From a virus: a stretch of 64,000 nt of DNA. The notes under the pieces were generated by a model. The model was not told the origin of the DNA, made no database searches, and was given only the letters and a program-made list of their open reading frames with translations. The stretch's first letter is position 1, and every line of letters starts with the position of its first letter. The DNA lies in IMG/VR virus record IMGVR_UViG_3300008952_000006, positions 64,001 through 128,000 of that record. One strand, given 5' to 3'. Positions 56,021-64,000 of this stretch are shown here, piece by piece. A program made the position numbers and the translations under genes.

Positions 56021-56928
56021 CCGCAGCAACAAAAGTGAAAGTAAAAAAGAAAATGTTTGAGAACCTGGATAGGGCAGAGATTAGAAATCTAGCCATTTTC
56101 GGGATGAAGCTATCCCCGCACCAAGCCTATCACCTAGACTCTAAGCAATTAGTTACCTGGGTGCATGACCGCGCTCTCGAAGTACCGGCAGAAGAAGTCA
56201 CTGGAGACCGTGGCGTAGACACGAGGTCGTTCTTAGACGCAGACCTGGAAGCGGTAATCGCTCGACAACGAGAAGAGCGAGAAACTTTTAGGGAAGGCGT
56301 TCTGGATTACATCTCTAGACTACGAGAGTTTGTCAGGGGTGAATCCGAGAAGGAGCCCGGGTGGCCGCCGATTAAAGATGGCACAGAAGAGGTTGTTGTT
56401 AAAGACGCAACCCCGCCAAAGGAAAAAGAGCCCGTAAAGCGACGACGTGGACGACCTCGCAAGACAGAGACCGTCAACAACAAGACGCCGCAAAAGGCTG
56501 CCCCGAAAGCTAAGGTGACCCCTAAAGTTGCCCCTGCTCCTGCGGCTACGGCGAAGCCAAAGAAGAAGATCAAGAAAACAAAGTTCGGTACAAAGGCGGA
56601 GCCAACGGTTGTCGCGCAAGTAAGTGAATCGAACCAAACAGAAGTATTAGAGGCTATTAAAGTTCTCGAGACCCAAGTAACAGAAATCACACAAACCATT
56701 AAAGACATCAGTGCCTTTACCGATGGTTTGGCTAGTGGAATTAAAGACGGGTTTGAGAGAATGAACGAGCAAGTAACTGCTATTCGTGCGGAACAAACGG
56801 CAGCACATAACCTCCTGGGTAATGCGCTCTTGTTCTTGATGAATTCTGCTATATTCGAGCAAGGTGAGGAAAAGGCTGATCTGGCCGCGATACCTGAGCC
56901 GAGCGTCTATTTAGATATAGAAGAATAA
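56017..56928 (+). CDS. AT-hook/histone-H1-like DNA-binding protein with C-terminal coiled coil
   Basis: Start reassigned to ATG 56017 (GGAGG RBS, ATGA overlap); KRRRGRPRK; Lys/Ala/Pro-rich linker. Confidence 0.65.
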   Translation: MTAATKVKVKKKMFENLDRAEIRNLAIFGMKLSPHQAYHLDSKQLVTWVHDRALEVPAEEVTGDRGVDTRSFLDADLEAVIARQREERETFREGVLDYISRLREFVRGESEKEPGWPPIKDGTEEVVVKDATPPKEKEPVKRRRGRPRKTETVNNKTPQKAAPKAKVTPKVAPAPAATAKPKKKIKKTKFGTKAEPTVVAQVSESNQTEVLEAIKVLETQVTEITQTIKDISAFTDGLASGIKDGFERMNEQVTAIRAEQTAAHNLLGNALLFLMNSAIFEQGEEKADLAAIPEPSVYLDIEE

Positions 56929-56958
56929 CTGCCCGTACCCTCCTTCGGGCCAGCAGGT

Positions 56959-57004
56959 GACCCCTTGTATGCGTATTACTACGCATATAGGGGGTCTTTT
57001 TTTA
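56959..57004 (+). terminator. Rho-independent terminator ending the replication block
   Basis: GACCCCTTGTATGCGTA-TTAC-TACGCATATAGGGGGTC followed by TTTTTTT. Confidence 0.85.
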
Positions 57005-57034
57005 CCCCCAAAAAGTGCAAAAATAGACCCCTTT

Positions 57035-57047
57035 TTAGGGATAAGAA
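57035..57047 (+). promoter_or_regulatory. Candidate promoter motif copy 3 (TTAGGGATAAGAA)
   Basis: Between a terminator and the next plus-strand gene, where a promoter is required. Confidence 0.55.
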
Positions 57048-57116
57048 TGATGAAGGAAGGGTTGTGTATCTCTCCCCCTTCACCTTTTCTCACAGATACA
57101 CAGGGAGAAACTAAAA

Positions 57117-57332
57117 ATGGCTATTTCAATTTTCAAAAAGCAGACCAAAAAACCAAACCAGATTGAACAATTCGGGAAGGCAGTGGGGGGCCAAGTAGCG
57201 GTGATGATCGCCGCTAGCGCGGTATTGACACTGATCGATACAGGGGTGTCCTTCGCTAGCCAAAAGGTAAACGACCTTAGGGCGAAGCGAGCGGCGGCTA
57301 AGGCCGAAGAGGCTGCTCCGACTGCTGCGTAA
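57117..57332 (+). CDS. Small single-pass membrane protein in its own transcription unit
   Basis: 71 aa; AGGGAG RBS; one hydrophobic helix; terminators on both sides. Confidence 0.7.
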   Translation: MAISIFKKQTKKPNQIEQFGKAVGGQVAVMIAASAVLTLIDTGVSFASQKVNDLRAKRAAAKAEEAAPTAA

Positions 57333-57348
57333 GCAGCAAGTCGAGAAA

Positions 57349-57381
57349 GTAGGGGACGCGAAAGCGTACCCCTATTTTTTT
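57349..57381 (+). terminator. Rho-independent terminator, probably bidirectional
   Basis: TAGGGGACGC-GAAA-GCGTACCCCTA then TTTTTTT; between convergent genes. Confidence 0.8.
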
Positions 57382-60300
57382 AGCTAAGGTTGAGCCAATG
57401 ACTGGTTGGGCCAACTACCGGAAAGGCAGTCTCGTTGTGGTAACCAGTTCCAGTTCCAGCGCCGCCAGTGATAGCATCTATATAACCACCACCTACTTCG
57501 GAAGAGATAGCCTCATTTAACAAGCCCATAGCGGCGACATACCTTTCAGGACTGTCTGGGACTCCGGCCCAACCTGCACCGTTGAAAACGGTAAGCTGAG
57601 TCCAGTGGCTTCCGCCACCGAAGAAAAGAGGCTTGCCCCCTAGCTCACCAATCAAAGTCAGACCGCTATACCCTTCTGGTTGGCTAAACGCCCACGAAAG
57701 AGCTATCCCCGGTGGGCTCCAAGATACACCAAAGTCCTGTCCGCCGCGAGAGAGGTCTTCGCTATAATTCCCTGGAAGGTCGTGCTTCGTGTAGAAACCG
57801 TGCACCTCGCCAGCGGGGCCTGTCCACGACTCATCACCGTCTGTAGCGTACATGGAGTAGTTATTTCCAGTAAAGACGGCACCACCACCGCTGACCTTGG
57901 GCCTCGCGAGGCCTCCCTTAAATTGGTTAGCCGAGACAACAGCGTAAGCCCCACGAGCAGTAAAGGGCTGAATAATCCCCCCCTGATCCGTGCCCTGCTT
58001 ACCAATTGCAGCGCCAGTGTACGAAATATTACTTGTATAAATTATTCCGGTAGTAAACGCCCTAAACCACGTGATACCCCTGTAGAGGCCGCTTAAGTCA
58101 GCCAATTGGTCATAGTCTTCTAACCGGCCCTCATACCATTTATTGGCATAAACCATGTTCCCTGTGACGATTGGATTCTGGATGTCGGGATACTCCTCAG
58201 TTGAGTGATCCCAGAACGTACTCACAAGAGTATTGTTCGCTAGACGAAGGCTATCAATGTCTAAGGGTAGTAGATTTCCGTCTTCATGATGGGCGTTGTT
58301 GTAGAAGATGCTCCCACTCCAACCCTCCATCCATACGCCCTTCATAAGGCCCAGGTTCTCACCCCAGACACCTACGTTCTCGAAGTTTGCCGATAACTGC
58401 CCATCGTCGCCCGCCCGCTCAGGGAAGTAACCCCACTCAAACGGATCAACAAAGGGTCTCTGATCGGGCTGGTAGGGGATTGTAGAGTTATTCCCCGCTG
58501 CCCCGTTAGCCAAAGGCAACTGGTTGACGTTATAAGTAAACTTCTGATCGTACCCAGCACTGTCGTCAGGATCATACGCCCGTTCCCAAATAAGCTTATT
58601 GCCCTCGATAATGGCCCCAGTCATAAGTCCGAATAGTTCCATGTGGCCACCGTAGCCAAAGGTAAACCCGTGCCCACCATTCCAGTGCTCTCGACCATTC
58701 GCCATATCGTTATTTGTAATTCTTAAGCCTTGACAATCTTGCGCAACAATAAGGCGAACACCTTGGTTGCCATCAATTGTTGATTGGTGCGCCCTATTTA
58801 GGGCAATCATCGGTCCCCAGTGCTCCAACGGACTGTCGGTACTACTCGTGCTGTAGTTCTCCATCGCATTAGCAGCGACTCCGCTGTATGGGTCAACTAT
58901 CGCGTACGAATTCTTATTAGCGAACTGGTTGTTTTTTATCTGTGTGTGGGACCCTCCTGCTATCGCATTGGAGGTCAAGCCGATCCAGCCCGAAAAATCA
59001 ATGCGTCTGGTTACGCCAATCTTCCAGTGGTAGAGACCGTTACCGCTCATATCCGCACTGGTATTGGAACGTCCTGTGGGGCCGCCAAGCAGTTCATCAT
59101 ATACGGTTGCGTTATGGAAAATGCCGCCGACAGCTGTGTTGCCCGTGATGTCAAACATCCAACCAGCAGTCTTAATGACAGATCCTTGCATGTTATTACC
59201 GCTAATGGTGCAATTGTTGGGGCCGCCTATCAAGGGCTCACCCACGCCACCGTCAGGGCCGACCTCGTCATCTTTCTTGCCAAACCCTACCTGGATCCCA
59301 CCCTCTTCATTATTTATGGCTGCACCTACGTGGTTATCGCTTATGATGCAGTGCATCGGAGTGCCGCCAAAACGGATACGGCCCCCAGAATAAAGACCGT
59401 AACGACCGACAAACTGTGAGTTCCATGTACCAGCATTTGGGATCAGGGTGTGCGTTAGATCATTACCAGACACGGTCACGTTATGGTACATGGAGTACCC
59501 GCCGTGTGGGTCTATGTCAGACCCAACCATGATGTTTCCACCATTGGTCCGATTATTGGTGATACGCACATTGTTCAAGCCTTGGAAGGCTCCGCCGTAC
59601 CCATTGTAGTCTAAAATAATCGAACCACCCATCTTGGTAACGGGCAACATGAAATCATCAAACCACTTGTCATCCTTTTGGTGGAGCGCTGTATTGAGAG
59701 GATTAGCGGCAAAATTGTTATCACTAATAGTGTGTCCTGTAGAGTCTAAACCCTCACCGCTAAAGATAATATCTAGGCCGTTAAAATTATTCCCTTGGGT
59801 TACCCCGTCTATCGACTCGCATTGACCGGCAACAGCAGAGCCGGTACCCCCACCATCCGTAGTGAAAAAACGATACATGTAGTCGGGCCAAGCGCCCCAA
59901 ATATTATTTGTGACCCGGACGCGGGTGTTTGTTGTAGTTGGCGCATTACCCTGAGTTCCGATGAGCGGCTTGCAGGCAAAGACATTCCCATCAATGTTTA
60001 CATCGTGTAGGTCATACCCATGAACAGAATAGTCCGTGAACCGAAACCCATTCGGATAATGTTTTGCAGGGGCGGGGGTTGCGCCGCTGTTCTGCCGCTC
60101 AACGGCATCCTCTGTGTTGCCAGAAACTACTGACGCTGCAGCGTGGAACAACCTCAAGAAGCTATGACCTGCCACACAAGACGTTGAGTTGTCGGTAATT
60201 ATAATATTGTTACCTACGTCATCATCTAAAAAGTACATTGGGGCCCCGAAATGGTTCGGAGAAAGTATCCTACCAGCGCCCCAACAATCAATGACATGAT

Positions 60301-63300
60301 GAGGATACTCTTCCGAAGACGGGTTGGCTTGGTTCCAGTTTGGTCCATGATCTACACGGACAAACTTATTGCCTTTGATAAGAGTGTCTGCGCCAACAGT
60401 CTGAATGGCAGGCGCAGCACCATACCGGGTGATTAGGGCCATAGTGTCCTGCGGCTCCCACACATCTTTGTATGGTGCCGATTGTTCAATACGATCAACA
60501 GCCCACTCCTTAAACACACAGTCTGTAATGGTTATCCCGCCCCACTGCCTGCCTATGTTAATGGGTGCCCAGTCGCTGATAGAGTGCCAAATAATCCCCT
60601 GGCGGTACTGTTTAGTAAAAGTAGAGTTGGCAATAGTGCCAAAGCTAGGTTGGAGGCCATCCACACCTGCTGGCATCACGCCGCCAAAATAGGCGGGGAG
60701 GTTTGCGGGGAAGCCGTTTACCCAGCACTCCCTTGTGTACCACCAGTCTTGGTGGCGGGCGCAAACCCCTGTGAGGAACCCCTGCACCATGCAGTTATCA
60801 ACTTTAAAGTTAGCGCAGCCTGTCAAATGGATGGCATTAGAGAACTTATACTCGATACTATAATCAGGAGAGCCATCCAAATTGTCGCGAGACGATGCAA
60901 AACAGTCCTCAATAACCACATTAGTGTGGTACCCCGGCGAAGTGAGTCCAGAGCCATCTAGCCGGTCTGCAGAGACAGACTCTATCGTAACAAACGTATT
61001 TGATATATGGGTAGCAGAACAATCACGGATGGTGAGATTATCAAAATTAGGATAATCAACGTGGAAGAGAAAACCAGAACCGCCTGTTAAATGGACATTC
61101 TCAATCAAGATGTTTCTGCTAGAGTTAGAACGGAAGATGGTCTCTGGAAATGTATTCTCTGCCGCGTACCAAAAAGCCAAGCCAGGACGGTCGCCATCCT
61201 CTAAGGGCCCACCTGCTATGTAGTCCTCTGGTGTAGCCGTTCTATTGATAAATAGGTTACACCCAGGCATGTTTGCATACCACGTAGTTGGATCACCATA
61301 ATCGTAAGCAATATCCCTGTTTATTGCGATATTTTGTGCCGCAGTGAGGTTGCTGCCAAGCCACGTAAAAGAGAGGTCGCGAAAAACCAACCCACTCTTA
61401 CCGTTGAGATCGATAAGGTTTTGCTCCGGTGACCCCGAAGCGTCCGACCAGCCAGAGCCCCCACCTTCCCCAGTGCCAATGTCGGGATTTCCCCACATAA
61501 CTATAGGGTACTGGTTCGTATCGTCAGGTCTCGGGGCTTGGGCCCGCCCAATGACCGTAAGACCGTTTGCGGGAACCCTGAAGGGGTACGAGAGCCCTCT
61601 CTTTGCGGCGTCGGCCATCGTAAACCCTGCGACCCAATCACTGGGCCACTCGAACGTGTGGCTAATAACCTCAATGGTCCAGTAGCGCTGCAGGATCTCC
61701 ACATCATTTTTAATCACGCTGTCTCTTAGGGTTTCCCAAACCCCTATAGCGGCGAAGGCTTCGCCAAGGGTCTCGAAGTGCACAATCTGATTTGGGTAGT
61801 CTCCTGCAGCGGTTTGGCCAGCAGGAAAGGGATGGTAGTCGCCAGTTCTCCCGACGTAAATATTACCACGAGTGTCCTCTCTCGAAATCCGCTGACGGCA
61901 ATCAATGACGGTCTCAATCGTTGTCGCCGCAGCGTTGTAAACAACCTGACAGACAGGGACGGTCCATGGGTTATCCCAAATGTTCCATCCAGCGGGAACA
62001 GCGCCCAGGGCGGCGACGTCCATAAGGCGGTATCTCCCTACGTAGTCTCCTGTGCCGTCGTTATTATCAAAATGGAAGAACAAAATGTAAGTACCAGATG
62101 CGACCAATTCGTTACCAAGGCTTAGTCTTGTCTCTGGTTGGTAGATCTTTGCGCCGCCCTTAACAAACCACGCCTCACCAATATCTATATCATCTGTGCC
62201 CTGAGCAACTCCGCCGCCATAAGTGGTGCCGAAGCGGTCTTGGTCTTTCTCGGACCAGGAGATATGAGCGCCGTGCAGAATCCCGTTTGAGAGCGCACCA
62301 AAGTTGCTTGCTGCCTGACCGGTGCCGCTGTAATCTGTCCCCGTGTTGATGGGGTCACCGGGAATGTAAGAGCCTAACTTGAGTGCCTCAAGGGCCTCCA
62401 TTAAGGCAGGCTGCCTATCGACGGAGCTATTAAATGTATTTAGTTCCTTGGGCATTCCTCGGTAATCAAACGCCCGAGCATTGGCGTAATTTGTATTGAA
62501 CCCGTAGCTATAACCATTAGGCGCTTTGGCGGAGTCCACCCATTTTTGGTGGTCGTCATAGCCAGTGAGGGGAATACCACAGTGGTCCCCAACCATCTGA
62601 AAGTCGGACTTCCAGGACCACGCGTTTGTATTCTCATCGAAGAAAGTGAGGGGCTTCTGCTCTGTCGCAGGCACGGCATTGATGCGCTGATCGTAAGATG
62701 ACCGCCCCCATTCCAAGCTGATCCGGGTCAGCATGTATGCGCCCGTGGCCCGGTCAAAACCATCAATCAGGCGAATAGATCTCTCAGGAACAGCGTCTGA
62801 ATGAAACTGGAAAAGTTTCTGGTCCCCTGTAATGTCTTCCTGAAAAAACACAGTGATTGGGCGTTCGTTGTCTGTGTAGCCAATCTCGTTTCCTGTGCCC
62901 TCTGCGCCGCGCTGATATTGATTAGCCGCGTAATCATTATGATAAACAGCGTTTAAACCATCTGTTGGCGTGAAGGTATTGGTCTTACCCTCGCTCAAGT
63001 TTCCGCTTAGGATGAGCGCCACCTTGTACTCGTTAACCCCCGCATTTAAGGAAACGGTTGATAGGTAGCCATTGGCGTTAAGGTTTCCTAGGGTTTCGTC
63101 AACAATTAACTGGTTGTCATCAATAAAGGTCCGATCCCTATTTGCGCCAGATAACTCAGGTAGGACATGACTAAGAACAACGTAATTACCGCTTACGCTA
63201 ACAATTAGTCCCATCGCGTCCGCGTTCGACCCAGGCCCTGTCTTTTCAAGGAATATCTGCTGACCTATCGAAAGGCCCTCGCCGCCAAATTGGTTGTCAC

Positions 63301-64000
63301 AGGCATCCTCAAAAGATACACCTGTTGCAGTTGTTTCCTCCATTTCAAGGTAATAAATGTCGTTCCCTAGGATCATCTTTGTAGCGTTGAAACCAGCAGC
63401 GTACTGCGAATCCCACCCAAGTGGTGTATACCCGCCACCGCCCCTTGGGACCCACTGGTCGTACCCACCCCTAACATGGCGAGCAAAGTCCGTAATCGCC
63501 CGCATGTCTGCGTAGTTGATAACCATTTCGGCTGCTGGGTCTTCGTAACTGCCTCTGCTGGCAGACGCGCCGCTGCCTCGAAGCTGCTCCCCCACTGTTG
63601 TAAGGGTGCTGCAGTAAGCATAGTAATCCCCTTTTACGGGTTGGTTGCCGTCTTCAAACACCAAGGTGGGGCTAAGAAGGAACCCGAGCGGGTTACAGGG
63701 TCTTGCGATACCCTGCTGCTTACCCTGCCAGAAGTGTAGGGGGGCGCTTGGGGCAATGACGTTGAGGACCTCCGCGTAGCCAAACCCGCCATTATCGCAC
63801 CATAAGTTTGTTCCAATAGGCAGACTCCAGTTAGAATCCGCGTCTGCTTCTGGGTCGGGCAGTCCGACATTTCCATAAATTCTTCTACCACTACTCTGGT
63901 AACCGGTACTTGCGGTCTTTTGCCCGCTAAAGTCTTCGCTGGCACCAGCCACGGATAAGTATAAATCGCCGGGGGTTACGCCCCCGATGTGTTCTGGAAG
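57380..64000 (-). CDS. Giant tail fibre/tailspike with parallel beta-helix repeats, 5'-partial
   Basis: Frame is open from 64000 to the GTG at 63952, so the start is outside the window; many I(T/S)(D/G/N)N repeats; HFETLGEAFAAI resembles the start of pectin-lyase-like domains. Confidence 0.75.
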   Translation of the reverse strand, partial: LPEHIGGVTPGDLYLSVAGASEDFSGQKTASTGYQSSGRRIYGNVGLPDPEADADSNWSLPIGTNLWCDNGGFGYAEVLNVIAPSAPLHFWQGKQQGIARPCNPLGFLLSPTLVFEDGNQPVKGDYYAYCSTLTTVGEQLRGSGASASRGSYEDPAAEMVINYADMRAITDFARHVRGGYDQWVPRGGGGYTPLGWDSQYAAGFNATKMILGNDIYYLEMEETTATGVSFEDACDNQFGGEGLSIGQQIFLEKTGPGSNADAMGLIVSVSGNYVVLSHVLPELSGANRDRTFIDDNQLIVDETLGNLNANGYLSTVSLNAGVNEYKVALILSGNLSEGKTNTFTPTDGLNAVYHNDYAANQYQRGAEGTGNEIGYTDNERPITVFFQEDITGDQKLFQFHSDAVPERSIRLIDGFDRATGAYMLTRISLEWGRSSYDQRINAVPATEQKPLTFFDENTNAWSWKSDFQMVGDHCGIPLTGYDDHQKWVDSAKAPNGYSYGFNTNYANARAFDYRGMPKELNTFNSSVDRQPALMEALEALKLGSYIPGDPINTGTDYSGTGQAASNFGALSNGILHGAHISWSEKDQDRFGTTYGGGVAQGTDDIDIGEAWFVKGGAKIYQPETRLSLGNELVASGTYILFFHFDNNDGTGDYVGRYRLMDVAALGAVPAGWNIWDNPWTVPVCQVVYNAAATTIETVIDCRQRISREDTRGNIYVGRTGDYHPFPAGQTAAGDYPNQIVHFETLGEAFAAIGVWETLRDSVIKNDVEILQRYWTIEVISHTFEWPSDWVAGFTMADAAKRGLSYPFRVPANGLTVIGRAQAPRPDDTNQYPIVMWGNPDIGTGEGGGSGWSDASGSPEQNLIDLNGKSGLVFRDLSFTWLGSNLTAAQNIAINRDIAYDYGDPTTWYANMPGCNLFINRTATPEDYIAGGPLEDGDRPGLAFWYAAENTFPETIFRSNSSRNILIENVHLTGGSGFLFHVDYPNFDNLTIRDCSATHISNTFVTIESVSADRLDGSGLTSPGYHTNVVIEDCFASSRDNLDGSPDYSIEYKFSNAIHLTGCANFKVDNCMVQGFLTGVCARHQDWWYTRECWVNGFPANLPAYFGGVMPAGVDGLQPSFGTIANSTFTKQYRQGIIWHSISDWAPINIGRQWGGITITDCVFKEWAVDRIEQSAPYKDVWEPQDTMALITRYGAAPAIQTVGADTLIKGNKFVRVDHGPNWNQANPSSEEYPHHVIDCWGAGRILSPNHFGAPMYFLDDDVGNNIIITDNSTSCVAGHSFLRLFHAAASVVSGNTEDAVERQNSGATPAPAKHYPNGFRFTDYSVHGYDLHDVNIDGNVFACKPLIGTQGNAPTTTNTRVRVTNNIWGAWPDYMYRFFTTDGGGTGSAVAGQCESIDGVTQGNNFNGLDIIFSGEGLDSTGHTISDNNFAANPLNTALHQKDDKWFDDFMLPVTKMGGSIILDYNGYGGAFQGLNNVRITNNRTNGGNIMVGSDIDPHGGYSMYHNVTVSGNDLTHTLIPNAGTWNSQFVGRYGLYSGGRIRFGGTPMHCIISDNHVGAAINNEEGGIQVGFGKKDDEVGPDGGVGEPLIGGPNNCTISGNNMQGSVIKTAGWMFDITGNTAVGGIFHNATVYDELLGGPTGRSNTSADMSGNGLYHWKIGVTRRIDFSGWIGLTSNAIAGGSHTQIKNNQFANKNSYAIVDPYSGVAANAMENYSTSSTDSPLEHWGPMIALNRAHQSTIDGNQGVRLIVAQDCQGLRITNNDMANGREHWNGGHGFTFGYGGHMELFGLMTGAIIEGNKLIWERAYDPDDSAGYDQKFTYNVNQLPLANGAAGNNSTIPYQPDQRPFVDPFEWGYFPERAGDDGQLSANFENVGVWGENLGLMKGVWMEGWSGSIFYNNAHHEDGNLLPLDIDSLRLANNTLVSTFWDHSTEEYPDIQNPIVTGNMVYANKWYEGRLEDYDQLADLSGLYRGITWFRAFTTGIIYTSNISYTGAAIGKQGTDQGGIIQPFTARGAYAVVSANQFKGGLARPKVSGGGAVFTGNNYSMYATDGDESWTGPAGEVHGFYTKHDLPGNYSEDLSRGGQDFGVSWSPPGIALSWAFSQPEGYSGLTLIGELGGKPLFFGGGSHWTQLTVFNGAGWAGVPDSPERYVAAMGLLNEAISSEVGGGYIDAITGGAGTGTGYHNETAFPVVGPTSHWLNLS

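Noticed and set aside
63907-63924. QKTAS in the tail fibre as a processing site
   Set aside because: An isolated occurrence in over 2000 residues is expected by chance, and tail proteins are not exposed to the prohead protease
1-64000. Stop-codon reassignment or a diversity-generating retroelement
   Set aside because: Genes are full length in the standard code with TAA, TAG and TGA all used as stops; no reverse transcriptase or template/variable repeat pair seen

Overview
This window is part of a large tailed dsDNA phage genome (contractile-tailed, myovirus-like), densely coding in the standard genetic code. No host housekeeping operon, tRNA, rRNA, CRISPR array, integrase or reverse transcriptase was seen. 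It has three blocks. (1) 1-41045, minus strand, morphogenesis: portal, a 2091-aa single-chain beta+beta' RNA polymerase, baseplate spike, SNF2 helicase, terminase large subunit, prohead protease, scaffold/core proteins, major capsid protein, neck proteins, a 1488-aa tail sheath, tail tube, a holin-like protein and a YugP-like zinc peptidase cut by the left edge. (2) 41127-57332, plus strand, replication/recombination: XRE regulator, SF2 helicase, UDG-like protein, DnaB, DnaG, SSB, family A polymerase, GIY-YIG, RecA-like, Hjc-like, Cas4-like, RusA and an AT-hook protein. (3) 57380-end, a very large beta-helix tail fibre/spike cut by the right edge. The most striking unexplained signals are: a K-x-A-(S/A/E) motif that saturates the head and core proteins and leads several enzyme or membrane-active proteins (a candidate protease-cleavage/capsid-loading code); the fused minimal RNA polymerase inside the virion operon; a 13-nt motif (TTWGGKATAAGMA) in three intergenic gaps ahead of plus-strand units; and a multi-hairpin structured element between ssb and polA. 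All calls come from motif recognition by eye; no database searches were run.
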